Assembly: GCA_964016885.1 (NCBI GenBank) | Contig: OZ024740.1 | Span: 88,474,001-88,538,000, forward strand | DNA: 64,000 nt | DNA from: Eledone cirrhosa | Taxonomy: Eukaryota | Direction: 5' to 3' | Part shown: positions 13,701-27,111 of the stretch, one piece after another | Position numbering within the stretch: the first letter of the stretch is position 1 | Layout of the letters: each line of letters starts with the position of its first letter | Program-made: the position numbers and the translations under genes | Notes under the pieces: model-generated | Seen by the model: only the letters and a program-made list of their open reading frames with translations | Database searches by the model: none | Told to the model about the DNA's origin: nothing

Positions 13701-15930
13701 GCCTATGTAAGTCAAGCACACAGATCCGAATTTGTGGTCCGTGTAGCTGACTATCTTGAATTGTGGTCAGCCTATGCTAGACCTATCTATTTCCCTACAA
13801 AATACTCTATATAGCTATGATCTGGATGACCCTATGCGATTTGGTGCAAGTCCACATTGGCACATTCGGGAAATCCAATCGGTACCTGTCAGACAGTTCA
13901 AAACGCATGAGAAGGTTGGTGAGACTCTTGCACCCTCATCCCCTATCAACTAATCCTACACAGTCTCAGCGTGCATCTAAGATCCCGTTCCAGTCGCCCA
14001 CTAACACTAAAGAGCGGGACGTTCCAAGAAAGGTCTCCAGACGCCGGAAGAAATCAGGCCGCCCTGCTCCTATCGGGACATTGACGGCCACTAACCTAAA
14101 AGCTTTCCCGTCTCCGCTGGTCACGTCCAGCACCACCAACTTACCTTCTGGGTCCAGGAAGATGGCCCGTATGGCAAGATCCAAACCTCTCCGAAAAAGC
14201 ACAGCAACTCCTCCACCCGATCCTGGACGGCTGGGAGATGCGTACACATCGTAGCTGCCGAAGATCGGTGCGAAGGCCCGTGCTTCGGAGATTCTGGTCT
14301 CGCTAATGGCCACTACATCTATGTTTAGTGACTTGAGGTCGTTGAGCAGGTGGCCCTGCTTCCATGACGACCCCAAGCTACGCGCATTTATGCTGCCTAT
14401 TCTGAGTGAGGTCATGTTGAAAATGAGTGGAAAAGATGGGAAAGACCACTTACTTTACTTCTCGTAGAGGAAGGACGGTTTCTCTATCCTTTTCACTGCT
14501 TGTGGCCTCCTCAGGAAGGATGTCCTTATAAATCCTCCTGGAGAGTGCTTGTCGGAAGTCTCCGATGTCTTTGGGGTATTTTTGTTTTAGTGTCATGTAC
14601 GTTTTCTGTGTGATGCGAGTGATTAGTATGTGTGGAGGTGGTGTGAACTTTTGGGTTGTTGTGTAGTCTTTTTCTGTGATGCTGGTGTTGTGTTGGATGT
14701 AGTGTAATAATTGGTTGTTGTTCAAATTTAATTGTTTCTACTTTTGGCACAAGGCCAGCAATTATTCCAGTGTATTACTGGTACTTTATTTTATCGACCC
14801 GTTAAGGATGAAAGGCAAAGTTAACCTCGGCGGGTCTTGAACTCAGTCCGTAAAGGGACGTAACTGTGCTGCAAAGCATGGCGTCCGACCCTCTACTGAT
14901 ACTGCCAATCTACCGCCCAGTTGCCGGTTGTTGTTCAAATTTAATGCTGTGTAGTGTGTATCGTTTTGGTTGTTTTGTTTTGTTTGCGTTTGTTGTGGGT
15001 TTGTTTCTATTTCGCTTTTTCGTGACTTTTGTGGTGTAGGTGATGGTGGTGTTAGGGTTAATGATGGTGATGGTGTTGGTGTTTGTGGTGATTGGGTTGG
15101 TGATGCTGGTGTGGATGGTAGCATAGCTGTCCTAACTTTTTTGTTTGATCGTTTATTTGTTCCATCTGTATTTTGTTTTGGGAGGGGGAAGGAGGAGAAT
15201 TTTTTCTTTTTGGGCTCACACTGTACCCATCTTTCTTTACTATTTTTTTGGCATCTTCTAATTCCTCCTGAGTTACCCGAAATGCTTCGCACCGTTTTGC
15301 TACTCTGGCAACACTCAGGGTGGTTTTCTTAATGTCATTGTTGCTGTTGTTATCGTTATTTTTGTTATTATTAATTTTAGTTTCAGTTGTGGTGGTAATG
15401 GCGTCAGTGGTGTTCGGTGTGGAATAGTTCATTTTGGTTGAATTCATTTCGATATCACGAGTTAATTTATTTTTTTCTTTTGTTTCTGTTGTCGCGGTGG
15501 TGGTGGGGGTGGTGGTTGTCGCGGTGGTGGTGGGGGTGGTTGCTTTAGCCCCTGCAGTCATTGGTAATGGCGGGAAATGAATGTCTGCCTGAGACAAATT
15601 TAAAATATTGCTACTGCTTATATTGTTTTTAGTGTTGGCAAACGTAGTAATATTTACAATGGTGGTGTCGGTGTGAGGTGTTAATTTGTGAGAAAGGAGT
15701 GACTCTGAGTCAGCCATGATGTTTCAAAGAAAAAATTTTGTTTGATAATTATAAAAGTTTAAATTTTGGGCTCAAGGCCCCACTCTTTTTGGGTGTCCTT
15801 TTCAGATAACAATGTATGTGCACTTATATACAGTTAACAATAAAATTTTCCATTAATGGCAATTTTGAACAACTGAAAATAACGAACATTTGCGGAGCTC
15901 ACGATGATACGATTTACTACGTAGGTCCCC
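10790..15930 (-). mobile_element. Tx1 copy 3; ORF2 complete in extent but frameshifted, ORF1 core deleted, SINE inserted
   Basis: ORFs 13966-14415 (APE), 13237-13719 (PGYWRLN), 11875-13236 (RT: LDQSKAFDRV, VRQGCPLS, YADD), 11018-11956. About 0.9 kb of ORF1 missing near 15212. Confidence 0.94.
14733..14925 (-). mobile_element. tRNA-derived SINE, full length, 20-bp TSD
   Basis: TSD ggttgttgttcaaatttaat at 14713-14732 and 14926-14945; empty site visible in copy 1 near 2793-2810; A box TGGCAGTATCAGT and B box GAGTTCAAGACC. Confidence 0.93.

Positions 15931-15972
<42 letters not shown>
15931..15972. repeat. (AAT)14 spacer
   Basis: Direct reading. Confidence 0.97.
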
Positions 15973-15973
<1 letters not shown>

Positions 15974-18286
15974 CTTTCTTTATTAACGCAAGGGTTTACA
16001 CAAAGTAGACATTAAGGACAGTACAGGACAATACAGGACGGTACAAATGGGTATTTCTGCGTGTAAAATAACAAAAACAGAGAATGTAACAAAAAAATAA
16101 CAATGAAAAATTCCCCAATAGGGGGAGACTTCCGAGGGACATTTGTGGAGAAAGCCCATTAAAAGGCCACATGACCCAGTTTGTGCAGTAATGGCTCGAG
16201 AGTCAATACGTACAAGAGGGACGAGAAGGGACATCCTTGGCGGATCGAGCGCATGTTGTTGAACGGTTCCGAGCGCATGATGTAGTAATTGTTTGTTCAA
16301 ATTTAATTGTTTCTACTTTAGGCACAAGGCCAGCAATTACCCAGTTCATTACTGGTACTTTATTTTATCGACCCCGTAAGGATGAAAGGCAAAGTCAACC
16401 TCGGAATTGTTTGTTCAAATTTAATGCTGTGTAGTGTGTATCGTTTTGGTCGTTTTGTTTTGTTTGCGTTTGTTGTGGGTTTGTTTCTGTTTCGCTTTTT
16501 TGTGACTTTTGTGGTGTAGAGGATGGTGGTGTTGGGGTTAATGATGGTGATGGTGTTGGTGTTTGTGGTGATGGGGTTGGTGATGCTGGTGTGGATTGTG
16601 GCATAACTTTTTTGTTTGATAGTATATTTGTTTCCCTCTGTATTTTGTTTTTTTGGGGGGGAAGGAGGAGAATTTTTTCTTTTTTGGTTTCTTTTTCTTT
16701 TTTTCTTTTTGCCTGATACCGTTTCCCATTCCTCGTCGTTTCAATCTGTCTCCAGTTGCGATATGTCAGGGAGTGGAAAATCCTCCACGGGCGTTGGTTT
16801 TGGTTGTGGCGTTGTGGATGGTGTAGGCGCTGGTGCTAGTTCTGGCGCGTTGGGTGGTGGTGGTGTTGGTTTGGCTACTGTTGCTGGGGTTGTTGCTGTT
16901 ACAGTTGCTTCTGTTCTTGCTGCTACAGTTGTTGCTGCCATATCTGCTGCTGGTGGTGTTGATGGTTGAGTCACTGGGGTGGGTAAGAGAGGTGGCCTTA
17001 ACCTTTTAGCCTGAGGGCAGAAAGCCCTTAGGTGGGTTCCTTCACCACAAACGACACACCTAGGCCTTCTGCCATCGACGATTACGGTGAGGTGGCTGCC
17101 GTCAGTGAGATCTATTACCTCTGGGATCTCCTCAATGCTTTTTTTGTACGCTTCGATCAGGAGCTCCATCCCAGATCCGGACCAGTTCTACTGCTTTTCT
17201 TTCGCTATTTCTATTATCTTGGTGTTGGCTTCGATGCCGACGAGGACGGCAGCTATTAGCCAGGGGATTTCGATGGCCAGTGGAACGTGGGTCACCCTGA
17301 TCTTCACGAGTCTCTGGCCACAATAGATTGGGACGAGTGTGAAGTCGTCACTTCTTAATGGGGCCATGGAGTGGTCTCTGGCCTCCTGTGGTGTTTCAAA
17401 GAACACGTCCACGGTTCCATATTTCTGCCCACGTCTGATGTGGGTTTTTTTCCCACACATGTCCCAAAGCTTTTTGGATTTGGGACTCGGATGCCCGTAC
17501 CACTCGGCGTGATTTTATGTTAATCGTCCGATTAGACACGGTGCATAGGCGCCGATGCTCCATTTTATTAGGTGGGGTGTTGGTGGGTGGTGAGGCTGAC
17601 CCTGTACCCATCTTTCTTTACCATTTTTTTGGCTTCTTCTAATTCCTCCTGAGTTACCTGGAATGCTTCGCACTTTTTTGCTACTCTGGCAAAACTCAGG
17701 ATGGTTTTCTTAATTTCATTGTTGCTGTTGTTGTTATCGTTATTTTTTTTATTGTTAATTTTAGTTTCAGTGGTGGTGGTGGTGGCGTCAGTGGTGTTTG
17801 GTGTCGAAGAATTCATCTTGGTTGAATTCATTTCGATATCAGGAGTTAATTTATTTTTTCTTTTGTTTCTATTGTCGCTGTGGTGGTGGCGGGGTGACGG
17901 CTTTAACACCTGCAGTCATTGGTAATGGCGGGAAATGAATGTCTGCCTGAGACAAATTTAAAATATTGCTATTGCTTATATTTTTAGTGTTGGCAAACGT
18001 AGTAATATTTACAATGGTGGTGTCGGTGTGAGATGTTAGTTTGTGAGGAAGGTGTGACTCTGAGTCGTGCATTATTTTTCAAAGAAAAATCTTTGTTTGA
18101 TAATTATAAAAGTTTAAATTTTGGGCTCAAGGCCCCAATCTTTTTCAGTGTCCTTTACAGAAAGCAATGTATGTGAACTTATAAACAGTTAACAATAAAC
18201 ATTTTCCATAAATAGCAATTCTAAACAACTGAAAACAACAAACCTTTGCGGACCTCACGATGATACGATTTCCTACGTAGGTCGCC
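15973..18286 (-). mobile_element. Tx1 copy 4; 5' UTR, ORF1 and 3' UTR retained, ORF2 reduced to about 95 bp
   Basis: 3' UTR 15973-16177 joins an RT scrap 16178-16270, then ORF1 pieces (CVVCGEGTHLRAFCP); 5' end GGCGACCTACGTAG abuts (AAT)n at 18287-18331. Confidence 0.92.
16308..16404 (-). mobile_element. tRNA-SINE, 5'-truncated, 21-bp TSD
   Basis: TSD aattgtttgttcaaatttaat at 16287-16307 and 16405-16425. Confidence 0.92.
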
Positions 18287-18331
<45 letters not shown>

Positions 18332-19944
18332 CTTTTTATTTGTCACAAGACCTGAAGGACATTGGTGAATGATGTGAAGTCATAATCTGAAACCATATGG
18401 GTAAGATGAAATTTTCTTCCAGCTATCTCCGGGAGTAATTTAAATCTACCCCAGTAATCTGTGATGCTGATTATTTCTATCTTATAAGGTTCTCCTGCTC
18501 GCAGCGGACATAAACGTATCGATCTCATCTTTTATTTTGTTGTAAGCTTCGTCCCCATCCAATTTCTTTCTTAATGTGTTTTTCTATATAATGCACTTTT
18601 TTGCGCTCTTATGCATTGAAATGCTTTTTCAATTTTAGCGATTTCTGAAATGCGTTGTTCTTAATAATGAAATACTTGGGTTACACTTTACTCCTTTCAT
18701 TTATAACGTTTTGATACATTCCTTCCTTATAATGTTATATTTGACAACGTTTTAGCCTCTCTCTAGAGGTATGTGTATCCGTTAATGTCCATTGTAATTT
18801 TTAGTGCTAGATTAAAATCCAATCTATTTGTTTTTAATATGATACATACTTTGAACTATCAAATCTCATTATACTGACATAATATCATTAACACTGACAC
18901 TGGTAGATTCAGTTACAGCTTAATATGAACAAAGTGTACTGTAAGAATTTTCATTCCACCGTGTAAAATTAGTTTACTTTCTGTTTCAACGCATCGTCTA
19001 TGATAATGTTTAATGAAACTAACAAGAAATTGCTTATCAAATTATCACAAGATAATAATAAAAGAAAAGATAAAAATAAAAGATACTAACAATTTAAATG
19101 CACAAATGAGAACAGCGTAAATCACCTGTAAATATGTAAACTATCTACAAAAGGGTGCCAACGATTTGCTTCTTTCTTGCTATAACTGATGTAGTACAAA
19201 ATATAGAATATACGGAATGGAGAAAGCAAGTTATGAAACTTCCACTCACAATAGAGAAAAAATGATAAATATTTATTCATACCCTAGTGCAATATATGAA
19301 GTAAATTGCTTGACATCTTGATCAGAACTATCTACAAAAGAACTATAAGACATATTGATTTCTGAAAAAAGTGCGACAGGATTTTACAAGAGCATTAACG
19401 GTGTAAGTGATAGGAAACTATCGTAGCACCACTGGGAGTTAAATTCGATTGCAGGCTAAGTTCAGCGGGAGCTTACAGCATACATAAACACAAACAAACA
19501 CACGGACCAGACAGACAGACAGACACACACACACACACACACACACAAAACAGAGTCGCAGTCACACACACAGACACATATGCACACAAACATATCTGTA
19601 AACATTTCAATAAATAAAACATACCTGAAAAGTCTATTTCGAAAGAACATATATGAATAAAAAGAGAGATCGAATCTACGGTTAGAGAAGAAAGAAAACT
19701 AATATAAGAATAAAAATAAAATATTACGAGTAATATGATGCTGGCTAAGGATATTGCATGGTATTTGAATCATTATTTGGTGTTGCATTTCTCGGGGCTA
19801 TTCATGTTAAATGACGATTCAATGTTGTTAGTAAAGGAAAATATATAAATAAAACAAATCATTATAAAAACATTCGTCTGAATAGTGGTGAAAACGAAAC
19901 CAACTGTGATAGAATATGATCTAAAAGCAAAACAAGGTCTGAAA

Positions 19945-19959
19945 ATATTATATATATGT

Positions 19960-19994
<35 letters not shown>

Positions 19995-20025
19995 CATAGA
20001 TATATATGTACACAGACACACACAT

Positions 20026-20070
<45 letters not shown>

Positions 20071-20205
20071 TATATATATACATAGACATATATGTACACA
20101 GACACACACATACACACACACACCCACCCACATATATATATACACACACACACACATATATATATAAATATGTGTATGTGTGTGTGTGTGAGTGTTTGTG
20201 TGTGT
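19945..20205. repeat. (TA)n/(CA)n/(TG)n compound microsatellite
   Basis: Direct reading; similar tracts recur across 21-59 kb. Confidence 0.95.
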
Positions 20206-20308
20206 TAAAATATGTGTTAGTTATTCACCGAAAGTATTGTAGGTAGAATAGAGCTCATAACCAAGTATACTAGAAGGTTTGCTTACATCAGAGTTTAATT
20301 ATAATAAT

Positions 20309-20571
20309 TGTTTCTACTTTTGGCACAAGGACAGCAATTATCCAGTGCATTGCTGGTACTTTATTTTATCGACCCCGTAAGGATGAAAGGCAAAGTTAAC
20401 CTCGGCGGGATTTGAACTCAGAATGGCAAGGGACGTAACTCTATGCGTGAAAGCATGGCGTCCGACCCTCTACCGATACTGTCATTCCACCGCCAGAGTA
20501 TAATTATAATAATTGTTTCTACTTTAGGTACAAGGCCAGCAACAACCCAGTACATTACTGGTACTTTATTT
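20309..20571 (-). mobile_element. tRNA-SINE (20309-20494) plus adjacent SINE 3' fragment (20514-20571)
   Basis: TSD agagt(t/a)taattataataat at 20290-20308 and 20495-20513. Confidence 0.9.
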
Positions 20572-21129
20572 TAATAAGGAAATACAAGTCAACAGATTAA
20601 AATTTACTTCATTTATTCATTATATAATCGCTGAAATAGATTCTAACCTGTTGACCTGTACTTCCTCACTATATATGCATATATATGTATATATATATAG
20701 TTACACTTTTTCTCTCGACTGACCTCTTCCTCGCACTTCCACTCACTCACTCTCTGTTTCTCCCCTTCTCACTTCCTCCCGTTCGCTAGTAGTGGGGTTC
20801 CTTCTTTCTCACACCGCATTCACGGCGTACGGTCTGCTTCTCTGACCGCTCATGAAATTCACCCAGCTTATGCTGATCGGATAACTATCATGTGGCTTGC
20901 TGTTTTCCAACTTTCGGTTTGCTTTTCCTTCTGTTGTTTACTTGTCTCACTCGCTTTACGCGTTTCACTTGTCCCAATAGCTTATTTTAGTTATTGCTCG
21001 CACCAACCTGAGGTATCTTATTTTTAATGCGATGAAATACCTATGATGGTTGGCAAAATCACTGATGAGAGACTAATTTTATAATATGTAATCCATGTGC
21101 AACCATGCAGTATTCTTCTCCCCTTGGTT

Positions 21130-21239
<110 letters not shown>

Positions 21240-21534
21240 AAACAAAATGAAAACGAAATTTCATTTCTCACTCTTAGTATGGCACTTACTTAAATGTAAG
21301 TATGCATGTATACGTACATACATATATGTATACAGACGTACAGTAGCATGCACACATATATATATATATACATATATACATACATATGCATACAGGTACA
21401 CATACATATATGCACGTATCAGTTTAGCGGCGCTAACGTCGCTTTGTTCGTTTGTAAACAAACTGAACAGCCTGAATTTATGCAATACGGTGTTAAGGCA
21501 ACCACGTCACCTTTTTGTTCAACACTGACACAGG

Positions 21535-21579
21535 AACGATGTACTAGTTTCAAGCTTGTTAGCTATCATCAGCACCGTT
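21535..21579 (-). ncRNA. Minimal type I hammerhead ribozyme (also at 22001-22045, 22467-22511, 22933-22977)
   Basis: aacggtg-CTGATGA-tagctaacaagctt-GAAA-ctag-TA-catcgtt: 7-bp stem I, short stem II, palindromic ACTAGT stem III, GUA cleavage triplet. Confidence 0.88.
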
Positions 21580-23534
21580 TACCCATCTGCCAGATAGTTG
21601 AACGTTCGAAAGTATATACTTTCCTTATGAAAATTAACGGCTGAGCAGCCTAATTTGCATATTGAGTGAGTTAAATCGGTCAGGCATACCGAAAACGATA
21701 AATTGAAACAAAATGAAAACGAAATTTCATTTCTCACTCTTAGTATGGCACTTACTTAAATGTAAGTATGCATGTATACGTACATACATATATGTATACA
21801 GACGTACAGTAGCATGCACACATATATATATATATACATATATACATACATATGCATACAGGTACACATACATATATGCACGTATCAGTTTAGCGGCGCT
21901 AACGTCGCTTTGTTCGTTTGTAAACAAACTGAACAGCCTGAATTTATGCCATACGGTGTTAAGGCAACCACGTCACCTTTTTGTTCAACACTGACACAGG
22001 AACGATGTACTAGTTTCAAGCTTGTTAGCTATCATCAGCACCGTTTACCCATCTGCCAGATAGTTGAACGTTCGAAAGTATATACTTTCCTTATGAAAAT
22101 TAACGGCTGAGCAGCCTAATTTGCATATTGAGTGAGTTAAATCGGTCAGGCATACCGAAAACGATAAATTGAAACAAAATGAAAACGAAATTTCATTTCT
22201 CACTCTTAGTATGGCACTTACTTAAATGTAAGTATGCATGTATACGTACATACATATATGTATACAGACGTACAGTAGCATGCACACATATATATATATA
22301 TACATATATACATACATATGCATACAGGTACACATACATATATGCACGTATCAGTTTAGCGGCGCTAACGTCGCTTTGTTCGTTTGTAAACAAACTGAAC
22401 AGCCTGAATTTATGCCATACGGTGTTAAGGCAACCACGTCACCTTTTTGTTCAACACTGACACAGGAACGATGTACTTGTTTCAAGCTTGTTAGCTATCA
22501 TCAGCACCGTTTACCCATCTGCCAGATAGTTGAACGTTCGAAAGTATATACTTTCCTTATGAAAATTAACGGCTGAGCAGCCTAATTTGCATATTGAGTG
22601 AGTTAAATCGGTCAGGCATACCGAAAACGATAAATTGAAACAAAATGAAAACGAAATTTCATTTCTCACTCTTAGTATGGCACTTACTTAAATGTAAGTA
22701 TGCATGTATACGTACATACATATATGTATACAGACGTACAGTAGCATGCACACATATATATATATATACATATATACATACATATGCATACAGGTACACA
22801 TACATATATGCACGTATCAGTTTAGCGGCGCTAACGTCGCTTTGTTCGTTTGTAAACAAACTGAACAGCCTGAATTTATGCCATACGGTGTTAAGGCAAC
22901 CACGTCACCTTTTTGTTCAACACTGACACAGGAACGATGTACTAGTTTCAAGCTTGTTAGCTATCATCAGCACCGTTTACCCATCTGCCAGATAGTTGAA
23001 CGTTCGAAAGTATATACTTTCCTTATGAAAATTAACGGCTGAGCAGCCTAATTTGCATATTGAGTGAGTTAAATCGGTCAGGCATACCGAAAACGATAAA
23101 TTGAAACAAAATGAAAACGAAATTTCATTTCTCACTCTTAGTATGGCACTTACTTAAATGTAAGTATGCATGTATACGTACATACATATATGTATACAGA
23201 CGTACAGTAGCATGCACACATATATATATATATACATATATACATACATATGCATACAGGTACACATACATATATGCACGTATCAGTTTAGCGGCGCTAA
23301 CGTCGCTTTGTTCGTTTGTAAACAAACTGAACAGCCTGAATTTATGCCATACGGTGTTAAGGCAACCACGTCACCTGTGAGAAATGAAATTTCGTTTTCA
23401 TTTTGTTTCAATTTATCGTTTTCGGTATGCCTGACCGATTTAACTCACTCAATATGCAAATTAGGCTGCTCAGCCGTTAATTTTCATAAGGAAAGTATAT
23501 ACTTTCGAACGTTCAACTATCTGGCAGATGGGTA

Positions 23535-23579
23535 AACGGTGCTGATGATAGCTAACAAGCTTGAAACTAGTACATCGTT
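23535..23579 (+). ncRNA. Minimal type I hammerhead ribozyme in the inverted unit
   Basis: Same motif read directly on the + strand. Confidence 0.88.
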
Positions 23580-23818
23580 CCTGTGTCAGTGTTGAACAAA
23601 AAGGTGACGTGGTTGCCTTAACACCGTATGGCATAAATTCAGGCTGTTCAGTTTGTTTACAAACGAACAAAGCGACGTTAGCGCCGCTAAACTGATACGT
23701 GCATATATGTATGTGTACCTGTATGCATATGTATGTATATATGTATATATATATATATGTGTGCATGCTACTGTACGTCTGTATACATATATGTATGTAC
23801 GTATACATGCATACTTAC

Positions 23819-23905
<87 letters not shown>

Positions 23906-23995
23906 AATAATATATTATATATATACATTTTTATATATGTATATATATTTATATATATATATATATAGATATAGATATGTACACACACACACAAA

Positions 23996-24294
23996 ATATA
24001 AAGAAAAAGAGATGAAATCGAAAATGCAACTGGAGTTTTATTTAAAAAAAATATATATATATTTATTTGGTTCCTTTACCGGTTTCGCAGTTCTTCTGCT
24101 TTTGAAAAGGTGAGTTGAGATGGAGGGTCTGTGGTTTTTCTCACATCTGAGAAAAACCACAGACCCTCCATCTCAACTCACCTTTTGAAAAGCAGAAGAA
24201 CTGCGAAACCGGTAAAGGAACCAAATAAATATATATATTTAAAAAAAAAATAAGACTCCAGTTGCATTTTCGATTTCATCTCTTTTTCTTTATA
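23996..24294. repeat. About 300-bp palindrome with a decayed hammerhead in each arm
   Basis: Centre near 24145; cctt-TTGAAAA-gcagaagaactgc-GAAA-ccgg-TA-aagg at 24181-24218, mirror at 24073-24110. Confidence 0.85.
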
Positions 24295-24349
24295 CTTTCA
24301 CTCGTGTAGGACACCTCGGTTATTTTTCATTTTGTAAAAAAAAACTCAC

Positions 24350-24396
<47 letters not shown>

Positions 24397-24495
24397 CGAA
24401 CTTTCTTCCCCCCTTTCTCTCTTTTCTATATAAAGCGTGAAAGCAATAAAACATTTTGTACCTCGGTTTTCGTTTCATTAAACTATATTATATAT

Positions 24496-24574
<79 letters not shown>

Positions 24575-24879
24575 CGTTAAGGCCTGTTACTACAACGACG
24601 CTCAACCAGGTAGCACCTTAATAACTATATTCAAACTCACCCTAAGAAATTGATTTGCTATATCCCTTCGATAGTTTTACCTGCCTCTTACTGCTATATA
24701 CATACAAACACACACCCACACATATCTATCTATATATATATATACCTATATATATATACGTGTATATATATACACGAATATCACCTAGATCACCTTGGCC
24801 GCCATTCGGCGCCGCTGCTCACAGATCGTGCTGTTTTAGCCATACGATGACACCATCCTACGGCTGGTCGGGCAGGCCG

Positions 24880-25152
24880 TAAGTCTAAAGTCTGTCTTCA
24901 GCCAGAAGGATCATGTGGCCGGTGCTTATCCCGTTTCATGGCCTGAAGCGACTGAGAGTACAAGACTCCTCCCTGGACAGGGCGAGTCCATCGCAGGGTT
25001 AGACCTCCAGCTATTGCTGGTACTCATTTTTAGCTGAGTAAACTGGAGCAACGTGAAATAAAGTGTCTTGCTCAAGGAAACAACACATCACCCGGTTCGA
25101 GAATTGAACTCACAACCTTTCGATTGCAAGCCCACTGCTCTAACCATCGAGC
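24880..25152 (-). mobile_element. Second tRNA-derived SINE family (partial relative at 25695-25800)
   Basis: Minus-strand head gctcgatggttagagc...gagttcaattc (A/B boxes), followed by gttgtttccttgagcaagacact core. 3' boundary approximate. Confidence 0.72.
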
Positions 25153-25552
25153 AAAACTTATTAAGACGGACACCTCACACACACATATACATATGGGTAT
25201 GTGTGTGTGTTTCCTTATTATTTTATCCCAAACTCCCCCATGGTCGAGTTAACCCAGGAGTGTACTAACTGCTTTTTGCTAGCAAATACGTTATTCGTTC
25301 ACTGTCCACCTTAATATTCGTCTGTGATCACTGTATCATGTGTCAATTTCTTCCCCCGCCTATCGAAAATTCTCACTTGCTACGAAAGAAACAGTCCTTT
25401 TTTTTTAGGGGCCGCTTGATAAGCCGTATCAACCTCACACCGATGATGCCTTTTTATAGTACAAATGTCGTTAAACACGGATCGGTGAAACTGCAGTCGG
25501 GACATTGAAGAAAACATCGGTATACATTTGTCTATTATTTCCTCATATTTTG

Positions 25553-25600
<48 letters not shown>

Positions 25601-25802
25601 GTCGATTGACTCTTGTCAAATCGGACCTACGAAACAGTGTTTCCATTGGTCTTTCCAATTGCTAATACTATCTATCGGTCGCAAACCCAGGTAGAAGGAG
25701 CAACGTGTTTTGCTCAAGGAAATAACGCATCACCCCCCGGTCCTGGAATCGAACTCACGATTGCCAATCCAATTCTCTAACCACTCAGACACGCGCCTTC
25801 TC

Positions 25803-25925
<123 letters not shown>

Positions 25926-26400
25926 TAGGGCGGGTAAAATTCTCGAGAATCATGGACGAGTTCTCTCCAGCGGTCTCTGTCCCTCATTATCGCTGCCATG
26001 TCCTGCGTCTCCAACAGACCACTGTCTGTCCTTAGGGCATCAACATACGTTAAACTTGGTATTCCTCTTCCAGTGTGTCCATGTTGGGGCTCCCACAGGA
26101 GAGCTGAGTGCAATGTCAACTCTGGATGTCGGTGAGCATGTCAAGCTAACTTCAGTCTCCTCTGTGTCAATTTTGAGCTGACTTTTGGGAGGCTCCCATA
26201 CAACTCTGAGTTTTTCATCGTCAGTGTATACTGATTAATGTTCAGAGCCATCCTGAGCATTCTCGTGTAGCACCCATCCACCATCTGAGTAGTTTCTTGG
26301 TCAGTGTCCAAGTCTCAGACCCGTACAGCAGCATAGACTCCACTACAGCAACGAAGAGGTGGATTTTCAGGTCCTTACGAAGGTCCGACTTCCACACCGA
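25926..26400 (-). mobile_element. RTE-like LINE 3' fragment in (TA)n
   Basis: [15 protein letters not shown]; [12 protein letters not shown]; [23 protein letters not shown]. Confidence 0.8.
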
Positions 26401-26486
<86 letters not shown>

Positions 26487-26916
26487 TGTATGTATGTATG
26501 TATGTATGTATGTATGTATATATATATATATATATATATAAATATGTACACAAACACACACATATGTGTGTGTATATATATATATAGTTTTTAAAACATT
26601 ATAAAAAATATAATATATGGGAAAGGAAAAGACGCTCTTGAAATAATATAAACGAAACAGAATGAAACAATCATGGGATTATATTAGACCATTTAACAGC
26701 GAATCAATCAAGTATATATAATGGAATAGTTAATGACATTTGAGTGGCACAATGGCAACAACAATGAAAACGTCGATGATGACAATGACGAAGACGAATA
26801 TGGTAATGGCATGATGTTGATGATGAAATAATCATAAGCTACTGTATCATATGTTCGTATGGCACTTGTCATTTATTTATTTTCACTCTCGCTTATATAC
26901 TATCACACATACATAC

Positions 26917-26997
<81 letters not shown>

Positions 26998-27031
26998 TAT
27001 ATATATACATATATACATACATATATATGTA

Positions 27032-27111
<80 letters not shown>

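Noticed and set aside
18332-19460. Host exon in unique AT-rich sequence
   Set aside because: No recognisable protein motif; small exons cannot be excluded without RNA data.
21030-21075. GAAA..TA-tgat..atca-CTGATGA permuted hammerhead
   Set aside because: Stem III and stem II do not pair.
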